Source: Raillietiella orientalis (lineage: Eukaryota). Taken from it: DNA of 64,000 nucleotides. Shown piece after piece: positions 38,601 through 51,700 of this stretch; position 1 is the first letter of the stretch, and every line of letters begins with the position of its first letter. A program made the position numbers and the translations under genes. The stretch spans positions 434,001 through 498,000 of the forward strand of contig JAYWIR010000014.1 of NCBI GenBank assembly GCA_036172245.1. Direction: 5' to 3'. Below the pieces are notes generated by a model. That model was not told the origin of the DNA. It saw only the letters and a list, made by a program, of their open reading frames with translations, and ran no database searches.

Positions 38601-40629
38601 AAGAACATGCTTTACTCTGAACAATGGAAGATGCCTTCCTCCGGAAGCGTCCATCATCCGAGGCCAGGAGGTAGCTTCGGTCTCTCAGGTAACCAGCCTG
38701 TAAGAATTCCATTCGGCAAAGAGGAGAGAAAACGGACAACCGATCACGTCCAGCACACGTAGATAGCAGCACGCAGCTTCATAGAAACGAACTAGAGTTC
38801 AGAGAACGTGAATTAGGCACCAATGTAGTGGCATTTGTGAGACACCAGATGGCATGCGCAGCTCGAAAGGCACTCGAGTTTCCCGGATACCGATCTGCCA
38901 GAGGTCTCGTAGCTAAAGTCACAAACGCGACTCCCTTCTCTCCTTGAACGTAAACGGAGATCTCATTTCCTACTACGGTAATTGGTGGCTTTCCAGTCGC
39001 TTCTTAGCCTCAGCTGAGTACCGGGCGCGGTTGCCTTTCTCTCCGACAGCACTTGGAAACCGTGAGGCAGCGGAAGTTTTCATGAGACGGTTGCCGGTGT
39101 CTTTGCAAATGGGAGGCCGGATAAGGAGGATATTTGCTCTCTGAGTCGCCTGTCTGAGAGGAGGTGACGCGAGGAGCAGTCGGAAAGGATGCACTGAGCT
39201 GCAATGAGTGTCACCTGCTGTAACGGCCCCTTGCATGGAACTTCCATCAAGTCTCCTTCTTTACCCGTCGGTCACTATTTCTCCCTTTGTCCTTGAGTGC
39301 TTCAGCTCTTCGTGCTCAAACTTTCCTGTGAGCTTCAACCATGCGGATCCATTCCACAAAGTTTGTTATCCTGTCGCAGCCGAGGTGTCCTCTTCCCCCT
39401 AACGAATCTTGAAATCTGGAAGAGTACGGAGCTTTCAGAGGAACTGCCTGAGGCTCCAAGGGAAAATAGATCGCATCTTCTTGGTGGGGTGAGAACTATG
39501 TAAGTGTCCAACTCTCCGAGAGAGTGTTCTTCCCAGACCTTTATTCCCATTCCTCCACCTGGTTCCTCTCCCTGACGTGAAAGGTAGGAGAACCCAAAGG
39601 AAGGAGCTTCTCTGAAGCTACAGAGAGCTTCCTTTAAAATTCTAGAAACTGCTCCATCTTAGTCCAGATTGCTTTTCCGTTCTCCAGAGAGAAAGATCTT
39701 CCTCATTCTGGGGAGCGGTATCGCTTTCTTTTCATACTCTTCATCGACTGCACGAAAAGGAGAGATATTCTCTTCGAGCCTCTCTCGGCAGCTAGAGTCT
39801 ACAAACGAAGAGCAGAAGAGGAAGTTTCTCAGTTTACCACTTCTCCTAGAGAAAATTCTATCTTGCAAACAGGAGAGGCCTTGCTGCTGCAAAATTCTGG
39901 GTATTCTGATTATATCCAGGAGTAGAATGCGCCCAAAGGAGGCAATTTCCCATCGCTGAGACGAGAATTTCTGAAAACGAGACATCACCCTCGTTCTCAT
40001 GAAAGCGTGGCGATCAAGAGATGCTTTGTAATTGGGGCCCAGGAATTTCGTTCATGGAATGACTGGCAGTTTTTGCACCCCACCTTTTGAGGAAAAGCAA
40101 GGGTCCATTCTTTCCTCTTCATTTTCACCTTTCCGTTTTCAGCTTTACCTGTTTTCTTAATATTATGAAACAGGAAGGAGAATCTCTCGAGAGGGATCAG
40201 TACCTATCCCACCGCATGCTCTTGTGTCTTGGGAGTGACAAGATCTTGCCCGGAAGGAGCTGCCCTAATCATGTGCATCGGAAACCAGAAACAGATCGCT
40301 TCAACTCCTTTCAAGGATGGCTCACGGCCAAAAACCGGAATCAGAAAGAATCCAAGATTGAATTAAAGTACTTCCAAAAAGATAGATGCCATTTCCCCTT
40401 CTTCCGGGATCTACATCTGTGCTTTTTTTTCTTAGAGAAGAAAATTCTTTGCATCCCGATCGTTGGAATTTCTCAAGTGCAGCTAGCATTAGAAAAAACA
40501 CTAGGAAGGACGCGGTGCGTTGCTGTGAAGACAGCAACGAAAGGTTCGTGGTCTGTCATGAGATCAGGCAACTGTCCAATGAGCACGATATCTCTCTCGC
40601 CATATCCAGGTGATCTCAGAAAACAGGAC

Positions 40630-41600
40630 AAAAGCGGATGCGCTCGCTGTAATTAGGGATAAAGCTGATGCGATGACGCTACTCAGTGAGGTGAGGGCTC
40701 AGCGGATGGAACGATGGATTATTCTGAATACGTTAGTGTAGTATAAGTGGGAAGAATGGAAAGCATCCAAGTGGATGGTTCCTCACCTTACATTGAGAGA
40801 TTTCAGTGAATTGCATTAAGAGAAATGAGTGTGGTGTTTGGAGAAGTAGCTTGGACGCTGTGGTGTTGCAGTCATCTGTACCCTTGAGTTCAAGGTTAGT
40901 GATGGTAAATGCATTAAAGAAGTTGTCTCTGATAATTTGCAAACCATCCGTCCATCAGTCGCATGGTGCTCCAATCAAGTCACGAAACTCGCTTGAGACT
41001 CGAGATGATTTTATGTACTTCACGCAGCCTACTTTCCTCTACTTACCAGCTGATCTTGAACTTCCACCTGGAGTAGGTTGAAGCCGATGACAAACCACCA
41101 TTCCTCAAATTTAATCCTGAGGAAAGTCTCTCTCCCGTGCAAACAGGAATCACAGAACGTGAAAATAGTGGCCTTTCTGATGTTTCCATGGAGCGCGAGA
41201 ATTCCTGACTGCTCCTGATTCGTGAACAGTCCTTGTCCATCGTGATCCATCTTTTGCTCAGTGGTTTAGTATGACCACACACATTTCTTTGGATGATCAT
41301 GAAAGGTCGACTCTTTGGATGTGCCATTTCCGGAATCATTGGCAGTTATTGAACCACTTTTTCTTAAGACATATACGACTCAATTCCTTCCCTTTCCACG
41401 GTGCAACTGGATGGAAGAAAGATGATATAGTTTCCCTTCCAAAACGCCATTTTGTCTCAAGATTTCAGGAAGTGCGATTTTGCTGCACCTTGGAAACAAG
41501 TTCAGAGTTGCGTCGAACAGTTCTCAAGGCTCCAGCATCATCCAATCTTGCAAAGTTCTTATCCCATCTCCCTTCTTTCCTGGGAAATTGCCTCCTCAAA
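40630..41600 (+). pseudogene. Possible bunya-like L N-terminal endonuclease remnant
   Basis: One stop-interrupted frame reads ...AVIRDKADAMTLLSEVRAQR...VPHLTLRDF...ICTLEFKVSDG (cf. APHITPD...IIDYKVS). It may be the 5' part of EVE-G, displaced by the insert at ~41600-43800. Confidence 0.35.
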
Positions 41601-44600
41601 GTTCCCTCTTCTTAATCCTTGAGCGACTCTCCCTCGGTAAGATTTGTCTTACACCGAGGACCCTTGAGCCATGAGGAACGCTTATGTGCACTATCAGCAG
41701 TGAGCACTTTGACGATGCTGCTCTTGGGGCAACAGCAGGGAGCAGAAGGCTCTTGCAGCGTGCGTGTCGAACACCCGCAAGCTCTCATCACAGCCTGCGA
41801 GCGTTCTCGAAATTCTCCCAAGATCGGACACCCAGCTGCAAGCGCATCGTTCGCCACTGACTCCTCCTCTCAACCCTGATCCACTGACCCTCTCTCTTCC
41901 TTCTCTTCTTCCTTGACGGGTGAACGGAATGGATTCCAGCACGGCGGCAAGAGAGGAGATGTACGGGAGTGGCAGTGGCACTCTACAGCGGAAACATCTT
42001 TGTCTCTTGTACCGAAGTCATGAGCTCTGTATGCGATAAAAGGAGGCTCGGCACCAGCAGCAGCATCTACGAGGCAAACCCCGTGACTTTGCAAAGTGAG
42101 AGAACATGAACAGGAATCAGAGGATCGCAAGTTCTAAATCGCCTTCCTTCGTCTTTCCGACCCAAAAGACCGTCTCTCTCCTTCCTTACAAGATGTGAAT
42201 AAACACAATGCTGAGAAGGATGCAGAGGAAATGAAAGATTCCTGCTATCTCTCGGAATTTTGGACATGCGGAAATTTTTCCCTGGAGAGCTCCTCTCGAC
42301 TTCCGCTCTTGCCCATGACTGAACGGAAGAAACCCCGAACGAGGGTACTCGAGAGCAAAAAATGGAGAAGATTAAAGGATTCGATGAAGAGACAAAAGTT
42401 GTTCTCGTAAGGAGGATGAGGGAGGAATGGAGAAAGGAAGGAAGGGGATGAAAGTAACCTCGCAAACAGCTTCCCAGAAAATAGGAGCTTCCCGTCATCA
42501 CGGATCCCTCCAGGGAGCTAGAAGGCTGCATCTGGAGGCGAAAATATTTTTTTTCCTTCTTCATGATGCAGCAGGCAGAAGCAGCTTGCCGGTCTATCCG
42601 CGGGCGCATGAGGCAATGCGGGCCTGAGGGACGCGATCTCTACTGAGCGCAAAACCGAGCACAGGCGCACGATCACAAGATGCCTTGTCAAGATCAGCAG
42701 TGGCACCTTGAGACGGCGAGTTCGAAAAGCATTCCGGGAGCTTCGAGATAACCGGAGAAGGTACGAAGGGTGGAGCACGAAGGGAACGCCGAGACCAAGA
42801 TTCCGGGAATAGAGAAAACATTGAGTTCTGCACTTCGCCGAGACGTTGGTGCAGCTTCCCTTCGTCAGACGCTCTGACACCTCTGCTTAAGGTGCTGACC
42901 ACGAGCCCTCTGGGACCGAAAAGAGGAAAACAGCCCGTCAAAAGGGGTTATCGAGTAACTGCAGCTGCAGCTGCAATGTCACTGTCACTGAGCCATGGCA
43001 GGTCGGTCAGAGGTCTCGCATCAGAGGAGTTTTCTTTAGGAGAACGATGAGAATACCATTTACCCATCCACCCACAGAAGCACGCTGCGGATACTCCCTT
43101 CCACATGTGTGCTGACTCGCAGTTGGAGTGGACCAATCCTTTCCAATGAGATCGCGCTCACCAAGGGAACCAAATGGTCCGCTTCCGTAATGGCTCTCTC
43201 CCGGGAGTCTGCGTACCTTCTCTGGATCTCCGGATCCTCTGCGGCAAAGGCATCAACGCGCTCTCTCGTGTTCGTCGTTCTTTTTCATGTGAAGCGAAGT
43301 TGTCGCCAGATCTCCACTCTCCCGGTCTCGGTCTCCTTGAAGATGTCGACCTCATTTCGATAGGTTTTCTTTCCTTTGACCACAAGTAGGTGCCCCTTGA
43401 CCTTGACTTCCATAATCGTTTTGACAAGACCAGTCAGCAAAAGAGTAAGGCAATCAAACGCCAGCGAAACGGGGACTGCATCTGAAATCGCAATCCACGG
43501 TTGCTTTGCATCCCTTCTTTGGTCTCATCTCTTACTTTCATAGCGCGCAAACGTGGGGTAAAAAAAAAAAAATCTTCAAAGAGGGCCAGGCGCCTGGGAT
43601 CACCCGTTGGGAAGAGGAATACCTTGCTCCCCTTCCTCTTTCTCTTTCTCCTCCTTTAACGCAGAAGCGATCGTAACCTTGGTGTTCCAGCAGGAGAAGG
43701 GAAGAAAGAAAAGTCTGCGCTGGCGGCCGCGTGGGCATGGGGTGTCCATGCGGAGAGTCATGCATCGCGAGCTCGAATACCCGCAAAACGGCGCAGAAAT
43801 AAGGAAAGTCAAGGGTGCATTTATTGGTGCTCTGTAGTTCACAGCAGGATTTACAGGTTCACACTCACTTCGAATGAAGAAGTCTTCGGGGTACGTGACT
43901 GGAAGAGCCCTGCGAGCACAGAAAAAGTTGTCGAGTGACCGAGATGCCTTGAAGAGCAGTTTCGAGTGTCTAAGAAAGCAAAAAAAAGAAAGTACTGGGA
44001 GGAATTGGAAAGCAGAACGGGAACAGACTATCATGCCGAGGGAACATTGTGCTTAGAAATCAGTGGCAACCTTCGTGACAAATCGTTTGCCGGGCCTTCT
44101 AGGAAAAACTGCTATTATCGAGCAATCATGAAAGCGGTCACTCTCTCCAACAAGTGTGGTGACTAGGTCCACGGATGATACACCCTTGGAGAAACCGCAA
44201 TCACAACCAGCCTCAGCTGGGCATCTGGTTCGTTGATGTCGCAGAACAGCCGAAGCTGCTTGCCGCCATTGTCTCCGCCTCTATTAATCCCTTACAGGGC
44301 AGAACGGATGGATTCGAATCGATGAGGACCAGGAAGGAATGCAGCAGATCTGCAACTAGGAAGAGATTTCCGATGTCTGGTACACTTTAATCGCGGAAGA
44401 AATCAAGGATCAAAACTCAGCGAGAGTCCCAAATTCCTGCAAAGCATCTATTCGCACACAGGAGCAGGAGATTTACCACGAGATGCGTCCCTTGGTAAAT
44501 CCAGTCTTACGACCCGCAGTGGCAAGGGGCACTTGGGAAAAGGCATCTTTCGGCAAAGATCGCAGGAGCGTTGAGGATGTGCCTGCCAGATCACACGCGG

Positions 44601-44699
44601 ATGACGGAATGCAGTCACCGAAAAATAGTAAAAACAGGACCATGCTAGTTGTTTAGCATCCTCCTATAACTTGTTGCCAGGAAGGACAGGTTCATCTTG

Positions 44700-47600
44700 A
44701 AAGAAGGTGGCGTGAGAAACATTGCGAGGATATTACGAAAACCGAAAGCTCCTCTGCATACATTGCAATCTCATGCAGCCCAGTGTTGAACAGATATCGG
44801 ATAGAAATCCACCCCAGCGATACCTTGGCAGGAGAGGGAATCCGTGCGAAACGTGTGAGATTGCGGACCTCTTGTGGAGACAAGGAGGATTCGAGAGACT
44901 GGACCGCCCAACAACAGAGACAAGCTGGGCGCCATTCCGACCGCCCAGGAAACGTGGTGAGCAAGAGTGCATATCCGGCATATTTAGAAAGAGTCCCTAG
45001 GACTTGCAGCTGCTTTTGGACGGCAGGTTAAAATGGAGGATACTTCCTAATTGGGAATGCGAAGGAGATTCTTAAAGAGAACCAATTTCACCTTGTTTTT
45101 CGTTTCTGGGTCTTTTGATATGTTCAGAAGAGAACATTTTACCTCTTAGAAATCCCTTGAAACCTGAATGCATGCAAAGAGGCTGCCACCGAGTTTCATA
45201 GGAGATTAAAGAGAATTCAAGTACCAAATGCAGACAGAATCAAGTCTGCTTGCGGAAGATGCCAAAACTGCGAACTAATTCGGTGGCCTCTCTGGCTTCA
45301 CTTGCAAATGGAGTATGTAGCCATGTAAGACGCTGTCAAAGACTCATTGCTGATGGAATGAGCTGCTCGCGAAGTGCATGTGAAAAAGGTTTTCAAAGTG
45401 ACCTGGATAATGACCTCGATTGGATAAGCACAATAATGCAGGTAAGAAAGTTGGTATGAATAAGAATATTGGTGTGGTAAGAGTACTGCCACGGAAAAGA
45501 AAATCTCTGAATAAAAATATATTGACATGGATAACTTTGGATCACTTCGAGACTCAACTCCTGATGATTAGCAACGTCAATGAAATCTGTCTTCCTTTTC
45601 AAAAAAAGGGATGATTGTTCCTGGAAAAAGCATTTTGTGTATTAAGACGCTTCTCTTCTTCACAATGAATCATTGCCACTATCATGAAAGATTAAAAAAA
45701 ATGAAGAAAACAGGATGAGCTGATTGCAATTTTATCAATGATGCACACCCTTTGATGTCCAGCAATTCCCGAAGATGAAGCGAAATTTTTTGTACGCTCA
45801 GCGTACAGCAAACAGTTAGCGCAAAAGATCAGATGTGACCATGACTTACCCGATAGCTCTGCTTGTGCTTTATCGATAATGTAGTTTTTCCTGAACTTTA
45901 AATCTGAAACATCCACAAAGAATGCAAAGTTGGGTCAACAGATCGAATCCAAAGCACCTCCAAAGATTACAGCAGACGACCACCCTTCTTACAAAGCATT
46001 ATGGCTGAAACTTCTCTAATGGACATCGATTTTGTTTGCAGTGGTACTTGTCTCAACCGCTGGACACAGCACTTTGTTTTTATTCCATATTATTGGGACA
46101 TGGACAGTAAGGAACACTTTCGCTCCTTTCCTTGCTTCCCGACTGCACTTTCTCGCTGAGATAAAAAGTAACACAGTGTAGACACTAAAATTTAGAGAAA
46201 TGAGGCAATCACAGACGTCTTCTGGGTCCTATGATTTCTTACTTTCCACATAAATCTAGAACGTAGAAGGGCAATACTTGGTTCTGACTGCTGTCATTGA
46301 AATGCCTCAGTGGAGAAGGAGTATGTGCAACTTATTGACTTCCCATGTAACTTAGTTATAGAATTCTCTTTTCAGCTTGTTTTTCCTCCAAATACTCGAT
46401 TTCATGGGAGAAACGAAAACTGCTTATCGAAATCCCGTGACTCTGTAGTAGCTAATCTCGTGATTCTGTAGTAAACCAAAGTAAACCCTGCATTCCACCA
46501 GAGTAAAGTGGAATAACTGAGTAGCACAACACTCTTGAATAGCAGAGTGAAACTTCAGTGAAGCACTTTCTTTTTCTTTCTTTCCCTGAAATAACAGTGA
46601 TTTGCTCGTTTCTTCTTTTTCATTTGTTAGGGTTGAATCTCAAATCTCAGTTGCTACATAGATAAGAATCTTCATTCTCACGTGGACCATTACTGACCTC
46701 TTCAACCTGTAACAGTAGAGAAGATCGCTCATCACCGAACACCCTCGTTAATGAGCACGAGAATTGATCCGATCTTCTGCGGTAAGAGAACGCAATCTGC
46801 ACTCGACAGCAGCGATTCAAAATGTAGGCAATGTCGAAGAGTTGAATTTCGAAGCAAAATAAATCCTGGAATGCGAGGCTGCAGGGCTCGGGTTTCTCAT
46901 TGCGTGCGAGAGTTGCGAAAGTACTTCGGGAGGAATTTCCTCGTGCAGCTGAAAGAAGAGGAAGTCGTGTGATTGATTGAGTTGGAAGCGAAAATCAGTA
47001 AGTTCTCCCCTCAAGTTCCCGTTATCTCGAAAGCTCCATTTCCAAGGATACGCGGAACCCTCAAAGTCGCCCTGCTTTGCATGGCAACCCTGTGTTTCCT
47101 TCGAACGGATGACAGAAGAGAAATTTTCGATCTGGATTTCTTCAGTCCATGAAACAGAAGTTCCTGCTCTGTAAGATGTCGGATTCGATACACCTCGAAT
47201 AGGAAACTGTCCTTTACCCTGCATCTACTCGTCACTCTGCCAGCCAGCCATGTTATCATAGGCTTGGTTACTCCTAGTAATGACCGTAACCATCCATTGG
47301 ATGCAATATAAGTCAGTAATTTTTTCGAGATGCTACTCACTGATGCTTCTCTCTTAATATTCAAAAATTAAAAGCATACTCCGAACCAATCAAGTAGGCG
47401 TGGACCAGACTATTCGAAGAGCATTGAGTGGATATTTGGAATTGGTGCTTACACTGCAGCTTACGTTTCAGATTCTTCGCAAATGAGATGCAAGAAAGAA
47501 GATACGACGTTATCATGCTTTTAACATTTTGTGAAAATTCTTGTACCATGGTTTCGTTTCCATTAGACACACACAAAAACCCTCTGGATGCAGAAATTAC

Positions 47601-47900
47601 TAAGGAGGCTACAAAGAACCCGGGGTTTCGCGAGTACTAAATAACAACTCATGAAATATGAGAAACGTATGTCAAATACGTAAAGATCCAACTCTTGGGA
47701 GTGCCTCTTGAAGAGAAGCGTTTCCTCTCCGGGTGACAGATATCTTCCGTCATATTCTTCACGAGAAGCAGTTGCATATGTGCAATCACAGTCTCTATGA
47801 TGATTGTCTCTGTGGTTATGGATCAGACGTTATGAAGAAAAAACAATTTGGGAGTAATATTTCTTCTTTCCTTCCTTTCGTGAAGAATCAAGAAATGAAT
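44700..47900 (+). pseudogene. Bunyavirus-like L EVE (EVE-G), RdRp core
   Basis: AKDQM (45821-45835, premotif A KxQ); CSGTCLNRWTQHFVFIPYYW (46037-46096, motif A); QWRRSMCNLLTSHV (46308-46349, motif B register, 83 codons after A); SRDSVV (46433-46450, SDD position, about 41 codons after B). Limits approximate. Confidence 0.6.
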
Positions 47901-48799
47901 TCCATTTCTTTCTAGATCTGTTTCATTTTCCGTTCTAGATTTTCGTCCACGCAGGAAGCGAAGCGAAGCAGATGAATCCATGGAGTTTGTGACTGAGTCA
48001 GAAGTGTAATTCCCATGAGATGGAGGAAACCGTCGTCTTTCCAGCCAATGAGCAGCCGGGTGCTCTGATACTCCCCACTGAGGTGGCAGATGATTAGCTC
48101 TCCCCGACATAGGAGACCACATCATCCTCTTGACCTGAGAGGATCTGGCAGGAGCTGAAAGTGCTCCCACGAGTCACTGTTTTATGAGCTGGCCCAACTA
48201 AACGCATTCTCTCGTATGTCCGATCGTCTTCCCGAAAATGTCTCAAGGCTTCCTTTATGTGAGTGCCGCACTTCTTGCGTTTACCCTGGACGCTATGGGT
48301 CGCGATTACATCTCTGCCAACAAAATCGCTTCCGTTCTGCATATCCTTGCAACGCTGCAGCCGCTGTTTCAGCAGGCTGTTCTACTCCTGAGTAAGTATC
48401 TCAATTTTTGGATGCCGATCCGACGTGAAAGCTCTTCTTTGTTTGGTATTGAGGATGCACTTCTCGAGGAAGCGGTAGCTCATAAATTGTTCGATGGTTA
48501 AGATAGATTAAGGGATGGGTGGAAATGTGTTCATTAATTTTGGTATTTAAAAGATTTCTTTGGGTCATTGTGACGCTTAATAGCGTGAGATCAAAGTGGT
48601 TCCTTGACTAAGTTTCGATTTACAAAACTGATGTTTTATATAAGCTGTTGATGCTTGAAACATTAGAGCGGTGCACTGCAAGAAAGATGGTAAGAGTAGG
48701 ATAGGTAAGATCTGAATAAGTAATGGCATGACTCTCACCTAATCTTATCGCCAAAGGCATGGAAACGCACTCTCCTATCCTCCCGAACTCCTGGAATGA

Positions 48800-51700
48800 G
48801 CGAATTTGTCTTCGGCTCCAGATTCTTTGAGAGCGATGCTGAGCCCAGTGAATGTCTGTCCACGGGGACTGATGGTGACATGATTGAAGTTTGCTTTGCC
48901 TTTCCTGAAACGAATGGTGAAGAAAAGCAGCGAATTCTAGAGATGCATTTCATCTTTGAGGATTCTCTAATATTTTTTTAGGACTTCTTGATTTTAAAAC
49001 CATCGTGGTATGGAACATTCTCACATCAGTATAGATTTTGCGCGCCACAAGGAGGAATCCATTGTTCCATGGAAATGCCCCTTTGCACAGATCGATAGAC
49101 GTATCCCGCCCTTTGGATCAACGAGGTCATGTTCTGCATCGCTGCAATCCGTTTGGATATTTCTGCCTCTCACTGTCCTTCTTTCGCCTATATATCTTCC
49201 CGACGGGAACTCCCCTTACGAGACAGACCAAAGGGAGGGCCACCGTTGATTTGCATCGCAAACCAGGAATTCTACCCTCCCACCCACATAACTTCATCCT
49301 GCATCCATTGCATGCGATCTGTTCCTAGTGATAGCGATTCCATTCTCCGATGATCCTAACCACGTCTCTCCTGGTCTCTGGAGGATTAGTCTCTCTTCTG
49401 CTTGATCCAGAAGCATCACAGTCTGTTCCTCAAACCCCTCTTACCCTTTTGAGTTGAACTCGAACCTCTTCTTCGGAATCTTCCGTCTCTCACTCAGGAG
49501 TCCGAATCTCCTTGGTTGGGAAAGAAGTAGTGCGAGGTTGTCATCGTTAGGAGACGGAGAAAATGTTCAAGGTAACGAAGACAGTTGAAAGTCTCATCTG
49601 CACCTACTCAATGCCGGTAGCGCTCCTGGAGACATCACAGCTCCCTACACACCGAAAATGACAAATGAGACTCTGCTTTGCGGCTTGAGGTGGCCTTTCG
49701 GACAGCCTTTCGGACTCAGAACGGTTTCTATGGAGACCATGAAAGGATTGCTGATGGTCTCCGGACGATTGGCCTAAGGGAGACATCACTCGATCTCCAT
49801 GTCGTAGGATCCTCTTACTGTAGTCTGGCTGGGAAGAGAAAGGATGCAGGAGATGGACTCTTGATGAAAGGCTTGTTTGGGTGCCACAAGGCTTATCATG
49901 AAAGATAAATCTTGTAGCACCCAAAACGTCCCCTTCACTCGTGTCCCTCTGTCTCTCGTAGAAAACGGAACAGCAGCAGCATCCTGAAGGCGTGCACAAT
50001 GCCGATTACAAAAGATATTCGGCTTGTTAATGCAGACTAAGTAAGGAGGAGAGGCTTCCTTTCTTCTGAAAGAGCAAGACAAGGGATGGGTAAAAGAAGT
50101 AGTCCAGGAAGAAGAGAAAGATCTTGAAAGAGAAGGATTGACCTGAAGGTGGGATCTTCGCGAGTGATGATGCAGACAAAACCGAGCTCATGAAAAGACG
50201 AGGGATGGAAAGGGAAGCCTTAGGCGTGCATCTCCGATCTGAAAAGAAGGACAAAAGCAGAGAGGTCAAAGAGGCATGCATTCTAGAAACCATTTACTTT
50301 GCCCTAATGCAAGATCTGGAGTCAAATTGGCTTCTGATTTGCATTCGGTGTAGGAACGAATCCAAGAGCAGAGCGAAAGGAATCTTCTGGAATGACTTCC
50401 CTTTCCCCTTTCTTTTATTTGGTTCTAAGCGGAGATCGTCAAGAAAGGAACACCCAAGACTAATAGATGGATGTGCGGATGGAAGAGAAACTCCGACCGA
50501 AGTTGTTGGGTGGATGAAATGAATCTCTGGGAGATCCTCGATGGCAAGAGTTTCTTCGGAAGAGATCCGACTGACTGGGGAGGGACGGTGGAAGCAAACA
50601 AACTCTCCAGCAAAGCGCTTGCACAACTGTGGAGAAGATGCATCTGGCATTCCCAGATGGAGAAGGGGTAGACAGAGAGGGAGAAGTCGAGTATTGATCT
50701 TCGTTTTCACGGATATCCCTATAGTTACTACTCTTGTTGTTTGTTCCTGATGGACCTGTGCCGGTACTTTGAGGAGACTGGAATCCAGAATTATGGAACC
50801 ACAGAGAGAAGTAAAAACGAAGCTGCCTGATTTGTTCCTCTGGAACCCTGGTCGAAGAGACTTGTCTGGCCCAGGACCGTGAAATCATTTCCACAAACAA
50901 TGAGCAGGGAAACGTTCCAAATATCGCTATCAGCTACTCTGAGAACCAAGGATCTTTTATGCCAGTCAGTCTACGAGAATCGCCTCAACATCCTCTGAAG
51001 TTCCCTGACTTACATCAGAAAATCCAATTCCAGGGACTAAATGGATAGTCTACCAGTCTTCTAGCGCGCCCTTCTTGATTCAGGTCTTCAAGTTCGTCCC
51101 TCCTCTCCTTTTCTCCTCTCTCTTTCTTGAGAAACCTATGCACAGCCTGAGCACAACCTGAGCATCCCATACTAGAATAAGGGAAGAAAGAACGCTCCTT
51201 GCTTCGGGAATGGCAATTCGAAGATTCCCCAATATTCCTTTTTATGGCTCCTATGGCTTGATTCTCTTGTTCTCGTCTTTTTTGAGTTCGAAGGTCTTCC
51301 TCGTTGAACCGGAGAGCTGCAACGAGGGCTGAGCTTCTCTGAATGATCCCACCTCCTCCCGATTCACTAAAAGCACTCCAAAAGCCTTCATGATTGGTTC
51401 GGAGTATATGCATCTGAAGACAAAATGGAAAGACCCTGAACTAGGGACCTTCCTTCGGCAATGTGCTCATGAGTTCCCTTCCTATTCGTGTTGTCTTGGT
51501 TAAACAGAATAAGTAAGGAATTCCACAGACATCACGCATTGCCTAATTTCTTCCTGTTCTTCCCTCTTCCATATTTCTCTTCCTTCCCCTTCCTTCCCCT
51601 TCGCGAACTGGTTCTGAAACTCTATCCATCATTCGCGCTTGCATTGAGTTACAGCTGAGGCATCTTCATCATCCCAACTGCCCAAACGTTTAAAGGTCTT

